NCBI GenBank assembly: GCA_024137785.1
Contig: JAHRHZ010000025.1
Coordinates: forward strand, 28,655,178-28,719,177
Origin: Ginglymostoma cirratum
Lineage: Eukaryota
Reading direction: 5' to 3'
Length of the DNA stretch: 64,000 bases
Shown: positions 36,801 to 51,659 of the stretch, piece after piece
Layout of the letters: each line of letters opens with the position of its first letter
Position numbering within the stretch: the stretch's first letter is position 1
Translations under genes and position numbers: made by a program
The notes under the pieces: generated by a model
Database searches by the model: none
Told to the model about the DNA's origin: nothing
What the model saw: the letters and a program-made list of their open reading frames with translations, nothing else

Positions 36801-39053
36801 ATTATGCCAGAGGAGCACCACACATACCTAAAAATGAGGTGACAATCTGGTGCATCACAAGGTTACTCGCATCTCAAAAAGCCGAAGCAGCAGGCAAAAG
36901 GGAGGGCTAAGTAATGCCATAACCAACAGGTCACACTTATGGTCTGCAGTCCTACCGCATCCACTTGAGAATGGCAGTAAACAATCAAACAATGAATTGA
37001 AGGATGAAGCTGCACAAATATCCTCATCCTCAATGAAGGTGGAGGCCAGGACATCAGCGCAAAAGACAAAGCGAAAATATTCACGTCCATCTTCAGGTCA
37101 AAGCACCAAGTGGATGAACTACCTCAGACTCATTGTAAGCTCCCCAGCATCACAGATGACAGTCTTCGACCAAGTCAATCAACTCCCCACTGTATAAAGA
37201 AATAGCTGAAAACAGTTGCAATTGTAAAGGCTTTGGGCCCTGACAAAATTCTGGCAATAGTATTTAAGATTTCAGAACTTCTGAGCTCTGAGCTAAACTG
37301 TTATTGTATACATTCAACACTGACAACTATACAACAATGTGGAAAATTGCTCCGGTGTGTTGTGTCCTTAAACGGGTCAAAATCCAATCCAGCCAGTTAC
37401 AGCACCACCAGTCTCTTCTTGATTCTCAGTGACATGATAGAAGGGTTTCGTGACAGTGCTGTCAAGTGGCATTTGCTAAGCAATAACTTGCTTGCTGATG
37501 CCCCGTTTATTTTCTGCAAGGCCACTCAACTCCTGACCTTTTGCAGCCTAATCCAAACGGTGACCAAAGAGCTGGACTCCTGAAATGGGGTGGAAGTGAT
37601 TTCCCTTGAAATCAAAATAATATTTGACTGAATATGGAATCACAGAGATGAGAAAAACTGAAGTTAATGAACATCGCTCCGTCGGTTGGAGTCAGAGCTA
37701 GTACAAAGAAAGATGATTGTGGTTCTTGAGGTCAACCATTTCAATCCCAGGATTCAGTCATGAGTTTCTCAGGGTAGTATCTTAGGCTCAGATATCTCTG
37801 GGCCAACCATCTTCAGCTGATCCATTAATGACCTCCCCCCTCCCCCATCATAAGGTCAGAAATGGGGATGTTCTTGGATGATTATACGATTCTAAGCACC
37901 ATTGATGATTTCTCAGACATTGAAACGGTCTGTGTCCATATGCAGGAAAACATGGCTAACAGCAAAGACTTGGCAAGTAATATTCACACCACCTAAGTAC
38001 TGGACAATCACCATCTCCAACAAGAGACGATGTAACTAACTCTCCCTAAAGCTCAATGACATTACCATCACTGAATCCCCCACTATCAACATATCCTTGG
38101 AGTTACCATTGACCAGAAACTGAACTGAACTTGCCACATAAACACAATGGTTACAAGGGAAACTAAGAAGCTAGAAAATATGGGGTGAGTAATTCATCTC
38201 CTGTGTCCCCCGACCACTGTTTACAAGGCATAACTCAGGGCTGTTAACACTTTTCACTTGCTAGATGAGTGCAGCTCCAACAACACTCAAGAAGCTCAAC
38301 AGGATAAAGCAACCCACATGATTGCCAACCCTTTCACTACCTTCAACATTCTCTCTCTCTTCACCACTGATGTATATACCAGCTACAAAATGCACTGCAG
38401 CAACTCACCAAGGTTTATTTGACAGCACCTTCCAAACCCACCGTCTGTATTAGGAAGGAAAAGCAGGGCAGATGCATGGGAACACCACGACTTAAAAGTT
38501 CCATTCCGAGTCACACCATCTTGACTTAAAAACATAGACGGTAGGCACAGGAATAGGCCATTCAGCCCTTCAAATCCACTCCACCATCTAATATGGTAAT
38601 GGACGATCATCCAACTTGGTACCCTGTTCCATCTTTCTCCCCATATCCTTTGGTTCCTTTAACCCTAAGAACTATATCTAATTCCTTCCTGTAAAGCTTT
38701 CAATCTTTTGGCCTCAAACATTTTCTGTGGCATAGAATTCTGCAGGCTCACAGCTCTGTGGGTGAAAACATTTTTTCTCATCTCATATCAACTCCATATC
38801 CTTAGACTGTGACTCCTGGTTCTAGAAGTGTGAATCTTAGTTCTGAACTTGAAGCTATATTGATGTTCATTCACTGTCACTGGATCAAAGTTGAGGATCT
38901 CCCTTCCTAACAGCACTTGTGGATATAACTACACCCCAAGGACTGCAGCTGTTCAAATAGGCAGCCTACCACCGCCTTCTCAAGGGCATTATGAAACGGC
39001 AGCAGAGGCTAACCAGCCAGTAACATCTACAATGCATGAACAAATCCAATAAA
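36800..39053 (+). mobile_element. CR1-group LINE RT region and 3' tail (same family as 19351), with a nested minus-strand CR1 3' end at ~38530-38825
   Basis: KALGPDKILAIVFK, SNPASY, SQGSILG, MFLDDYT motifs; A-rich tail. Confidence 0.75.
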
Positions 39054-40939
39054 AAGGTGAGTGTGTTAGAATCATACAGAATGGCATTTATGGATTTGAT
39101 TAGAGTTGTTTCAGTGCTGTAACCTGACATACAAACTTGCAATTATGGAAAAAATGCAAGCATGGGATTTGGAAGCAACTGTAAATTCAATGACATAGGA
39201 GAGGGAAGGGAGATTACAGATAAGGTGGTAGTTTGCATGAAAAGAGTGATCAATAGTGATAATGAGTAGTTTTGAAATGGGAGACAAATGAACCCCGTGG
39301 AGGCTGATTCATTTCCAATGTCAGCTGATATATCAACCAGGGAAGGAAATTTTGGTGGTTGGCAGTATAATGTACGTAGGACCCAACGAACTAGAAGGTG
39401 GGCCTCAGTAACAAAATGGCTTCAGACCGGGCATGAGGAGAAATAGAAGTGAAATGGAGGAGGGTGTAAGATCAGAGCTAGAGCAGAGGGAAACTTCAGG
39501 AAGCTTAGCCTGTTGGGTGAGTCAACCTAAGGGAAGTGTCGAACACAGATGAGCAGATAGATGTTCTTGGTTTTAGAGACACAGATGTCTATGAGCTCCT
39601 TGTTGTTGAAAGTGAGGATGGAGGAAGCTAGGGAAAAGAAGAGAGCAATCTCACCTGTCTGAGTTGCTCTCCTATTTTATTTTCTCAAGTTGTCATCAAT
39701 CTTCTGTTTGGTCTTATGGACAAGTGAGCTCAAAACAATCTGAAGTTAGATGAGAGATGCAGGGTTAGTGTTCGAACTAAAATTTAATTGTCAGTGATTT
39801 TATTCAAATTGCGATTTTGTCATCACTTTTGTTACTGTTTTTCACACACAGGGAGCAAAGATAGTAATTTATCATGTTCACATCACGTACAATTATAAAA
39901 CACGAAAATAATCACGTGTAATACTGAAGTGCCAACAGTGTTAATTTGAAACTATTTTATGATAATTTAGCAGAGGCATTAAGTATATATTACAAAATAC
40001 GTTAAAAGAATAAACAGCAGAAAGAGGTTTTAAATGATTTTAAATGTTTTAAATGAACACATTCATTAATCACACAAAGTATTACCTGCTGTTGTGTCAG
40101 AGCCAGTATTTTTGTGACTAAGTGTTATATTCTAACGTGAAATATACCACCATGGTCCGGTGTTTGACAAACAAAGCAAATACAAGGTTCAACCAAACTG
40201 TTTTGGACAGGCTGCGCTCCATTTACCAATCCTGAGTCAATATTTTAGGATCAGTTCCAGAATGTTGTGATGAAAAAGAGACAAGAGAGAGCCACCAAGT
40301 TACACTCTCTCATGCTAACACTCAGGACAAAGAAACTACTGGTACAAACCAAGCACATTCCTATAAAGATAAAAAGTTGCATCTTTCAAAGCTTGAACTC
40401 CCTTGAAAGCTAATACAGTAATGGTTAAAATAAAAACAGGTAAAAGGTTTATGAAAATGTTCAGTACAAAACTATGCAATAAGAAGCTGGAAAGGCATAC
40501 AGGAAGGACAAAGAGGAAACATAAGAAGAGCTGAATAGTTTATATAAAAGTAAATTCCCCAAAACTTTTGATTAGGACAATTGTTTTTACAAAAATGACA
40601 TTGATTTCAGTATGGGGAATATAGTGTTGAAGTTGGTGGATGATACAACATTTAGCAACATAAAGTCTTACTATCCATGGGGGTTTCAATCCTTGAAAAT
40701 CACAAACTGAATTTCACAAATAGCAGAAATATGCATGCATAGTGTGTACTTTTTACTCAAGGAAGTAAATTGTCTTTCATCTGGTTCTTTAAATCCATAG
40801 ATAAGTGCATTGGAACTGCAGTGGGCAAAATGGTGTACAGTAAATTTTGCCCTGTTAAGCAAATTAATAAAAGGTGCAGATGCAAATGGCAGAACTTTAC
40901 TGTAGTAAATAGTGATCAACATAGTAACAGACATTAGGA

Positions 40940-41760
40940 TGTCATTGACTGGTCATAAGGACAGACACATGGCAGATGCAATTTACTGTGAAAAAGTATG
41001 TACTTTGGAAGAAACAACATGAATAGGCAATGTACTAAAAATGGTATTAACTTGAGGGAGTTCAAAAGCAGAGGAGCCTGGGGATGCATGTTCACAAATT
41101 ATTGAAGGCGGCAAGCAGTTTTGATATGGCCCTTAAGAAACTGCATCTGAAACTTGGCGTTTGTAAGCGGGAACACTGAACACAAAATCAAGAAAGCCAC
41201 GCTATATCTGGACATTTCACTAGTTAAGTCTAAGCTTGAGTATTGTCTACAATTTTGGGCACTGCAATTTAGGAAGAACGTCAAGGCCTTTGAGACAGCA
41301 TGGAGGATATTTGGCAGGATGAAATCAGGAATGAGGGACTTCAATGCTGTGAAGAGACTAGAGAAGCTGAGATTGTCCTCCATAGACCAGAAACTAAGGG
41401 AGACCTAATGGATGTATTTAAATCACAAGTAGTTTTGATATCGCAATTAGATAGAAACAGATTCCTCTAACAATGGTGTTGTTAACTGAAGGTCATGGAT
41501 TTAAAATAATTGACAAAGGAACGAAAAGAGAAATGATTTCAAGCAAACAAATATTATAATCTAGAACACACTACTCAATAAATGCTGAAATCAGATTCAA
41601 GAATTTTCAAAAGGCAATTGAACATGCAAATCTTTTATCTTCAAGTACAAAATTAAGAAGAAAAAAACTGGCATCTGGGACTATCTTTGACAGCTCTTTC
41701 AAAGAACACCACAAGATAGCCCAATCGTATCCAACCGTACCATAAGTCTCTATGTTCTAG
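40940..41760 (+). mobile_element. degenerate CR1 3' fragment
   Basis: LVKSKLEYCLQFWALQFRKNVKAFE...RLEKLRLSS CR1 ORF2 C-terminal motif. Confidence 0.7.
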
Positions 41761-43699
41761 TTACCCAGCAGCAGTTACAGTACATCCTCCAAGTTAATAA
41801 TGAATTGGCTATTACAAAGGACACTGACATCACTTTCCGTGCACCACACTCCAATCCCTGATCATTTCAGTTCATCTGCTTTCAACTTGCATGTTTCCAT
41901 GGGAACTACATTAAGTTCTTTGAGACGAGCCCTGGATCTCTCACCATCTGCTGTATAGTATAATAGGGCTCTCCTCACGCACACACACACAAATTCAGCC
42001 TGCAGTAATTCAAAATCAATTTTCAGCGATGGCCACTGCATCCACTTGTTCCTGAAGAAACACTCCGTTCAGTTGAAGACAGTAGACCATTGATAAAGTG
42101 CAGAATCACGTTGGTGCATAAAACGTTCTTGCTTTTATTCTTAAATCCTTAAAGTACATACAATTAATACAGTCATAAAACTATTTGTGACATTATACTC
42201 AGCCATCCTTTTATTTCTTTTCAAAGAATAAGATTAATGACGTGAGATGTTTCATGATTTTATATTTTAAAGAAAGGGAAAGACAAGAAGCAACTATTTT
42301 GTTGTTGACCAAATTTGCCAATTAAACATTTTGCTCTGATCTTCAGTTCTACCTTTGTAAGATTAAGCAAGTTCCCTCTGGAACTTCCCACGTTGGCAAC
42401 GCGCAATGAGGCAAACAGACCAGTAAAGTCAATATGGAATCAATCTTTAATCTGTGTTGAGTTAGGCTGCAAACAGGGTGAGCTGGTTGAAGCTGGTGTG
42501 GAGATTATGATTCTCTTCTATCATTAGGACTGCTAACATTGTCATCAGGAAACAAAATATCTGTCAGTTTTCTCCTCCTGACTGTCTTCCATTCGGTCCT
42601 GAAAATGTATGTGTTCTCATCTTTACTGAAGACAAGATCTTCCAAAGTTTTGCTGATTGTCACAGTCAACCATGCCACCAATGCACATTAAATTCATTTG
42701 CTGGCATTTATATGACTGACCAGAGGGTTGCTGTGCAACAGTATTTCAGACAAGCCACCACCTGCCAGAGTGTGGCTGAGTGTGCTAAAGGAATGCTCCA
42801 AGTTAGTGAATGTAAATACTGGAAGTCTGGCACAAAAAAAATCAGCATGGCGATACAACTCCACAGAGTGCAGGTGATTCGTGAGGTGAATTGAGAAATA
42901 GTACTTCTACTAAATGAAACCTCAAGTGACTCTTAAGGATATTTCAAAACAACGGAGTACATAAAATTATCGCAAGTTAAAGTAGACTTCTTGATCTTTC
43001 AGTGGTTCAGCAGTGACAAAATGCCAAAATTAACTGACCATGGCCTTCATAGTATTTGAAAACTACAACTAACATCAGCAAGATTAAACTGCAGGATAAG
43101 GGTTGTGGTAATGGTGTTAGAGAGAAGTACAATTCCTATTCCATACCACAAGTAAGTGTTAGACAACGTTATCAAAAGGTCAGCATTGATTCTTAATCTC
43201 CCCCCATCATCAAATATTTTGCTAATCATGTGTTCTTCTTATACCATGTTCTTCCCCTCCATTTAAAATGCCTTGGGACATTATTACATTGAGAGACACT
43301 TGTTAAATGCAAGTTGTTATTGACGAAATTGACCAATTGTCCAAATACAGACAGAAAGAATGAACTCTTGGCCAACATACTGAAAAGCTGCAGTTGGGAA
43401 AGCAAATAGTCTGGTCGACATTTTCACCTTGGGAGCACAAATGGGGAAGTATTCCAGGTTTAACCTGTTTAGAGTTAACTTAGGTTTCTCACTCACTCCA
43501 TTAATCGGTCCCATCACACTAACCTCAGTGTTCTGTTAACAGTCGTCCGTGCTTAAATACATATGCTGGAGGAAAACAAATATTGGAAGACAGAAAACAG
43601 ATGTTCCAGTTAATAATACGTTTGGTTAATTATTGATTCTAGAAAATTTACTGGAACACTAGGACTTTCCATAGAGTTTCTTGTGCCCAATCACTGTAT

Positions 43700-44430
43700 C
43701 TTTGCCACCATCTCCATCCTCCTCCCAGCCACAGTCTTGGCTCAAGCAGATTGTTTACAACCTTGTATTATGTCTGTCTGTGAGCTGAGCTTCTGATGTT
43801 ATATCTCATCATCATAAAGATCATCTACTTCTATTTAACATCACCTGTCTTCACCCTGCTTTGTTTCATCTGTTGCCAAGACCCTCATCCATGCTGTTGT
43901 TTCCTCTATTCACAATTATTCCAATGATCCCTTGGCCATCTTCTCATTTCCTCCTGTTCATATTCTTGAGCTCATCAACATTTTGCATTCTGTATCTGGA
44001 TTCACACAGAATCTGATCCACTCTTCACCCCTATTTTTGCTGATCTACATCAGCTCCTGGTGATACCTCAATCTTAAAATCCTCGTCTCACTCTCAAACC
44101 CATCCTGGGCTTCAATTCTTCTTATTTCTGTAACCTTCTCCAACGCATTACATTTCCCTGGTTTTATTCACTGCACCATTGGTAGCAAAGCCTGTAGCTG
44201 CTTAAGCCCTAAGTTCTGTAATTCCCTCCATAAAACACTTAGCCTGTCTCCTCCCCTCTCCTCCTTTAAGATGCTTCTTAAAAATGGCCTCTTCAACTAA
44301 GCTTTTGGCCACTTCCCTTAATCTTTGTGTGTGGCTGTGGGACAAATTATGTTCAACGGTGTTCTCCTGGAGTACCTCAAGATGTCTTACCATGTTAAAG
44401 GTGCACTCGGATGCAAGTTGTTGACATTTT
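43700..44430 (+). mobile_element. L2 LINE 3' fragment
   Basis: accctcatccatgct...cctttaagatgcttcttaaaa...ttaaaggtgcact...gcaagttgttg L2-type 3' end. Confidence 0.6.
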
Positions 44431-44649
44431 AACTTCAGCAGAAATCACTTTCACACACAAGGAGTTGAATTACATGAGCATTGCATTCTTTGCCCTGTGC
44501 CAGCTAAATTGTTGGTTAGGGGGAGCGAAAGAGCCTGTACATGATTCCAGCAGCCACTTTGCAGCAATTTAACATTGGAACAACATGAATTGCTTTAAGA
44601 TGAGACTTATACAGTTTTCTTGAGAGAAATGTCATGAAAATGTCCCATA

Positions 44650-45950
44650 TGAGACATATACAGAGTAGGCCATTCAGCGATAAAGCCAGTTCTGTGATAT
44701 AAGATCATGGATGACTTCCTTGTAGTCTCAGTTCTACTTTCCTGCCTACCGCCATGACCTTTGACCCCTTTGTAGATCAAAAATCCAACACAACCTTGAA
44801 TATAGTCAATGATCCAACGTCCACTGCTTTCTGTGGAAAATAATTCCAAGGACAAATAAGAACATAAGATACAGGAGCAAAATTAGGCCAGTTGGCCCAT
44901 TCAGTCTGCTCCGCCATTTGATTATAGCTGATATGTTTCTCAACCCCATTCTCCTCCCTTTTCTTCATAACGCTTGATCCCCACACTAGTCAAGAGCACA
45001 TCTATCTCTGTCTTAAATATACTCAGTGACAGAGGGTGTCCACAGCCCTCTGTGGCAATAAGCTCCACAGATTCACCACCTTCTGGATGAAGAAAATCGG
45101 CCTCATCTCAGTTCTAAAGTGTCATCCATTCACTCTGAGGCTGTGCCCTTGGGACCTAGTCTCTCCTACCATTGGAAACATCTTCTCCATGTCCAATTTA
45201 TCCAGGCCTGTTAATCAGACTCCCTCCTCATCCTTCTAAACTCCATCGAGTACAGACCCAGGGTTCTCAGCTGCTCCTCATATGATAAACCTTTCATCCC
45301 TGGGATCATTCTTGTAAACTTCCTCTGGACCTCCTCCAACACCAACACATCCTTCCTTAGATATGGGGCCCACGACTACTCACAATATTCCAAATGCAGT
45401 CTAACCAGAGCTTTATACAGCCTTAGCAGTCCATCTCTGCTCATGTATTCTAGTTGTCTTTAAATCAATACTAGCATTGTATTTCCCTTCCTACCCGCCA
45501 AGTGAAAGTGCATGTTAACCTCAAGAGAATCTTCAACTAGGACTCCCAAATCCCTTTGTGCTTCAGATTTCTGATTTAGAAAATAGTCTTTGAAAATGAT
45601 CTTAGAAAATGATAGTTGAGTGAAGACATTCCTCTTCATTTCTTAAAAAACATCTCACCTTCTCAAGAGCCTCTAGGGATAGACAGTAAATGTTGGGCCA
45701 ACCAGCAATACCCACATCCCATGAGTGAATAAAACAAAACTGTGCTGTCTAGTTATAGATTCCTCCATAATGGGAACATGTCCAGTATCCACCTTGTCAT
45801 CCACCCTACAGAATCCTGTATCTTTCAATAAGATCACCTCTCATTCTTCTAAAGTCCAATGGGTATAGGCTCAAACTTTACTCATATAACACTTTCCTCC
45901 AAGGAAACAACCTAGCGGGCTTTCTCTGAATTGCACTTGAAACACATACT
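44650..45950 (-). mobile_element. nested CR1 3' fragments (younger copy ~44855-45575 inside an older one)
   Basis: aagaacataag tail, accagagctttatacag...gaatattgtgagtag CR1 motifs. Confidence 0.7.
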
Positions 45951-47314
45951 CAAAGCATAACATCTAGCCACAGGGGAGATATTAGATTTGATAGCCAAGA
46001 GCTTAATGAAAGAGGTGAAGAGGGGGCATTCCAAAGTTGGGTCCCGGGTAACTGAAGGTGCAGCCTTCAACGATGGAGAAATTAGAACAGGAAATTGACC
46101 ACCCAATCATAAAAGATAAATACAAGATCCACTGCAGCAATCCCCAACCCCTGTTAATTCTACCATCAAAAGGGACACATATGAATTGTTGTCGACATCT
46201 CAAAGTTTTCTCCAGGCCAAGCAATATCTTACAGACATTACCATTCTTTTATTGAGTTCGTATCCACCCCATCTGAAACCGAGAACTTCATCAGGATGAG
46301 CAGCTACTACAGATCAAAGAGGTAGATCACCACTCCTTGTTTAGACCAACTAAGAATTGGTATAAACTGTAGTCGTACAAGAGTTACTACAAAAAAAAAC
46401 TGTTAAATTGCTCAATCTTGCTGACTGCATCCAGGATTTATTAGAGATTCTATAATCAGCTTTGATACACTTGGATTAATGGGAGAAAATCAACAATTAG
46501 ATTGTTACCTCTGATCGCTATTCAGCAATTCTTTTTGAACAGCACACCAGGACATGAGATGAGGGAGGTTACCTGTAAAGGTGGGTCACTTGAGTAAAAT
46601 CACAACAACAATCAGTAGCTTCAGTGGAATGAGATAAAAGGGAGAGCAAAAATACAGTCTTTCTCTATGATCCTCAAGGTATGCTGAATGTTGTCACCAG
46701 GCAATGGTTCCATGATCGTCTTTCCATACAGCTGCATAGTCTTCATTTTGAAGGTCAATATAGCAAAAATAGAAAGGTGCAGCCTAAATATAACTGTTTT
46801 TAGCAGAATCAATCATCTGTACAATACCAGATTTGAGATGTACATAGACCTCTGTTCAATTTTTCTGCAAATTCTGACAATTGTGAAACCAACTTACATC
46901 ATGCTTCCATTTCAATTCTGTAAAAGGCATGACCAAGCAGAGCACAAGATGCTTATAGCAACTACTTCAGTGTAATTAGGCAATATGCCACTGGTATTGG
47001 TACATATTTGAATTGCCTTTTCAATTTTTAACAAAACTCATCATATAAATAATGAATTGGTATTCAACAGTGTGGAAACTAATACAGGCATAAAGATCTC
47101 ATAAATTACCCATGAGCCAGTATTATTAGCTATTCCCAGTGATTCAGGCATGAATTTCCCCACAAGAAATGTAATTTTCAGCTTATCTCATTGAAAGGGT
47201 AGCTGGGCTGTTCTTAAAATAAGAAATTGGTGGTTAGTTGAAGAATAAATTATTGAAGAAGCTGCAAACTTGTGAAGATAAAAAGCATGTCTGAAAATAT
47301 AAAACTGTAGAAGT

Positions 47315-48277
47315 TTGACAGGATGCAGAGCTGGACAAAGAAGTGGCAGATGGAATTCAACCCAGGAAGGTGTGAAGTGATTCATTTTGAAAGGTTAAAT
47401 TTGAATGCAGAATACAGGGTTAATGGTAGGATTCTTGGCAGTGTGGAGGAACAGAGGGATCTTGGGGTCCACGTCCATAGATCCCTCAAAGTTGCTACCC
47501 CAATTGATAGGGTTGTAAAGAAGGCATACCATGTGTTGGCTTTCATTGGCAGCGGAATTGAGTTTAAGAGCTGTGAGGTTATGCTGCAGCTCTATAAAAC
47601 CCTGATTAGACCACACTTGGAATACTGTATCAGAGATAATAGGAACTGTAGATGCTGGAGAATCCGAGATAACAAGGTGTCGAGCTGGATGAACACAGCA
47701 GGCCAGGCAGCATCATAGGAGCAAGAAAGCTTGACGTTTTGGGCCTCGACCCTTCAACAGAAAATGTGTTCAGTTCTGGTCGCCTCATTATAGGAAGGAT
47801 GTGGAAGCTTTAGAGAAGGTGCAGAGGAGATTTACCAGGATGCTGCCTGGACTGGAGGGCAGGTCTTATGAGGAAAGGTTGAGGGAACTAAGGCTTTTTT
47901 CATTGGAGAAAAGAAGGATGAGAGGTGACTTGATAGAGGTGTACAAGCTAATGAGAGGCATAGATAGAGTCGATAGCCAGAGACTTTTTCCTGGGGCTGA
48001 AATGACTATTACGAGGTGGCATAATTTTAAGATCATTGGTAGATATAGGGAGATGTCAGAGGTAGGTTCTTTACACAGAGTGGTGGGCGTGTGGAATGCC
48101 CTGCTGGCAGTGGTAGTACGAGTCAGATACTTTAGAGAATTTTAAGTGACTCTTGGAAAGGCACATGGGTGATAGTATACTGTAGGGTATGCAGGATAAT
48201 TTGATCTTAGTAGGATAATAGGTCAGCACAACATTGTGGACTGAAAGGCCTGTATTGTGCTGTACTGTTCTATGTAC
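47315..48277 (+). mobile_element. 5'-truncated CR1 LINE, ORF2 C-terminus and 3' UTR, split by a Penelope-like insertion
   Basis: KWQMEFNPGRCEVIHF...LYKTLIRPHLEYC | VQFWSPHYRKDVEALEKVQRRFTRMLPG. Confidence 0.9.
47630..47764 (-). mobile_element. Penelope-like terminal fragment inserted in CR1
   Basis: same family as 16959/21245; mutated hammerhead core. Confidence 0.75.
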
Positions 48278-49089
48278 TGAAAATTTCCTAAAAATAGTGT
48301 ACACCTGAAACAATAACTATTTTTCTTTCCAGATGTGGTCCAATCTGCTTACTTCCAATGTGGTCTAATTCTACTTCATTTCAAATTGACTTTAAAAAAC
48401 ATGCAGTACCTAATTTTCAGTTTCCAAGTAGCTTGCTAATCCTTCAATCCATTAGGAAAAGAATCTTTATGAGCTGCAATTGTGCCTTTTGTTTTTTAAT
48501 AAAGGCATAAAAAAATTCTTGTGATGCAGTGGTAGTTTCCCATCTTTGGGCTGGAAAGACCAATTCACATCCCAGCTGTTCAGAGATGGATCATGTCTGA
48601 ACAGATTGATTAAAACATTATACAACAAATGGAATTTAGCACCCAAGCCTGAAACTAGCATGAGGCCCCTTCTTTGCATGTGGAAAGACTCTAGCTTGCG
48701 AGGTGCTGGGAGAACTAACTGCATTCGAGATGGAAACACAGAGGAGGTTACAATAATATTTTGTAAAACACTGGATCAGCCAGACTAAAATGCCACATTT
48801 CCCATTATAATGTGAACATGAAGAAATGGCAGAAGTAGCACTCTCTTCCACTTGTGCTGAATGTAACACATTAGGCATGATTAATAAAATGGACCAAGTC
48901 AGTCAGGTATAATTCCAAGAAAATACTCTGACCCCGTGGACACAAAGTCTGTTCTGTTTTGACGTTCAGCCTGTCTGGCAATCTGCACTGCTTATGGCTG
49001 TAACCCCACTACAACATGATCATGTTTCCACATTGACAATTATTCATGAGGCAGGATAAATTATTTATAAAGGAGTCAATGGCCTCCCC

Positions 49090-50030
49090 TGACTTTTTTT
49101 TTTATTTGTTCATGGTGCATGGGCATTGTAGCCTAGGCCAGCATTTATCGACCATCTGCAATTGTCCTATAAGGGGTGATGGTGAACTGCCAGTCAAAAG
49201 ATGTGCAGGTTAGATGGATTGGCTATATGAAATCACACCATAATATCCAGTGATGTGCAGGTTAGGTGGATTAGTGATTGTTAATGCAAGGTAATAGAGA
49301 TGGTAGAGGCATGGATCTGGTTGGGACGCTCTTTGGAGGATTGGTGCAGAGCTGATTTGTTCAATGGCCTCTATCTGCACTGTAGGGCTTCTATGATTCT
49401 TGAACACCTACTATATTGCTAGAAAGGAAATTCCAGGATTTGGACTTGAGTCACAGTAAGGAACAATATAGCTTAAAGTGAGGATGGTGTGTTTGACAGG
49501 ACAATGTACAAGTGGTGCTTTCCACACACCTGCTACTTGTCCTTCAAGATAGTACAGGCCATGGGTTTAGAAGGTGCTGATGCAGTATTGGGGAGATAAT
49601 GCAGTGTGCCTTCTAGGTGGTACACACTGCCGCTATTGAGCTTTGATGAAGGAAATGGCCATTGAACACAGTGGATGGTGAACTGAACAAGCAGCCAACT
49701 TTACCTTGGATGGTATCAACCTTCTTGAATGTTGTTGGAGCTGCATCCACCTAGGCAAGAGTCCTCCATCACACTCCTGATTTGTGCCTTGACGATAGGA
49801 CAACTGACCCACTCTTGCAGTAACAGTACATAGGCAGCAGTTCTTCAGTTTCTGATCAATCATAAGCCACGGAATGTTAATAATGGGGATTTAAGCAATG
49901 GCAATTCCATGAATTATCCAGGAAAGATGACTATTGCTTGACATTGTAAGATCTGAATAAAACCTGTCACTTATCAGCTTAGCATGGCAATTGTCCAGGT
50001 CCTGCAGCACATGGACGTTTACAACTGATA
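49090..50030 (-). mobile_element. 3' fragment of the 36800 LINE family with an HE1 SINE 3' fragment inserted at ~49198-49400
   Basis: cttcttgaatgttgttggagctgcatccacctag is the reverse complement of 38260-38293; poly-T tail at 49094. Confidence 0.6.
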
Positions 50031-50279
50031 CTGAAGCAGTGGTTCTAAATGCAACTCTGATGTAAATTTAGTGCTGTCTGGGAAAACACTAAGTCTATGG
50101 ATTTTCCACCTGCAGAATGCTAGGGAAACTTCACGTACACATACAAACAGGGGCGAGATAGAGGGGACTGCCGAACCTGCCCCCACTTAGTAGGTTCACT
50201 AGATTGATCCTGGGCATGAAATTGAGGGGTTGAGCTTGTACTTTTTGCTGTTTATAAGTTTAACAGACCTTATTGAAAC

Positions 50280-51505
50280 AAAGGATATTTGGGGACCTTT
50301 TGAAGGTAGGTGCATAAATCATATCCACTTTTGGGAGAATCTAAAACCAGAGGGCACAATCTCAAATGGGTTGTCCACGTAAAGTGGAAATAAGAAGAAT
50401 TTTTCTCAAGTAATGCATCTGTGGAATCCTTTACTGGGGAGGACTGTCAACACTGGTTATTAAGAATTTCAGTCCCAGACACTTTTAATGAGCAAAGAAA
50501 TCAATGGTTACGGGAAAAGGAGAGTTTAGGATTAAAAGATCTCAATGAATGATACAGCAAACTCAATAGATTAAACGGCCTAAGCTTGCTCCAATACATT
50601 ATGGCCTTTGTAAATCAATGAGTGTAAGAGGGCAGCAGAGTTTGATAAAGAGCAAACCTGTGTGAAGAAAACAGGGGTAGGAAATAAAGAAAACTGCACC
50701 ATCAGCACTTTCAATCTATTTGAGAAAAAGAGTGAAGTCACATTATTTTGAAAGTGAATTTCCTAAAACTTTCAAAGCAGTTAATGGGTGATGTGTTGCA
50801 GGTACATTATGTGGGAGTTGTGCATGGTGATCACTTGCATCGTGTCGGCTGCCTGAGGAATTCAGTTGAGCTGGAGTGGATACTTTGACTCATCAGGGAG
50901 GGATACCCAGACACTAAAGGAAGCAGTCATATCCCTTAAATTACCTGTATCAGGTTTTAGTCCCTGATGAGAGGCAACAGTGAGGTGAGTACAGGATGCA
51001 CAAGTTATACTGCAGCTATACAAAGCCCTTGTCAGACCCCACTTGGTACTCAGCATATCTGTGCAGCACACTTTCGGAAGGAATATTGTCTTAGATGGCA
51101 TACAATGCAGGCTTGCAAGAATAAATGACACCAGGTCTTCAGGGGTTAAATTTCAGGTGTGATTATACAATTTAAACAGATTTAACTGAAGAGGATCATA
51201 GTCATCAAAATATTAACAGGAAAAGTGTAAAACATATTTCCATTGGCTGCAGTTTCTAGAACCAGGAGCACTGTCTAAGAATTAGGGCTAGACCATTTAG
51301 GAAAGAGGAAGCATTCAGACAGGAGTGGTCAAGGCTTGTAACTTCTAAAAATGGTGGTTGATACAAGATCCTTTTGAAAAATTAACTTTTTTGCTCGAAG
51401 ATATTATAGAACATGGGTGGTATGTCAAATTAGGCCACAGATCAGCCATGATCTCAAAAATGGTAGAACAGGCTCAAGGGGCTGAATGACCAACTGCTGT
51501 TTTAT
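50280..51505 (+). mobile_element. two degenerate CR1 3' fragments
   Basis: ctatacaaagcccttgtcagaccccacttgg and gatcagccatgatctc...aggctcaaggggctgaatg CR1 motifs. Confidence 0.55.
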
Positions 51506-51659
51506 ATTGCTACCTTGTTGGGATGTGATAATACATATTAATATTCATGCTTTGCTGGAATAATCTTCCAGATGCCTAATGCCAGAGCCCAAAGTATCCT
51601 GGGTGACCCAAGAAAGATTGAGGCAATTGCTTATTATCTCAATAAGTGCAAATAAAAGC

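Noticed and set aside
47323-48145. 131-aa and 114-aa ORFs as host genes
   Set aside because: CR1 ORF2 fragments split by a Penelope-like insertion.
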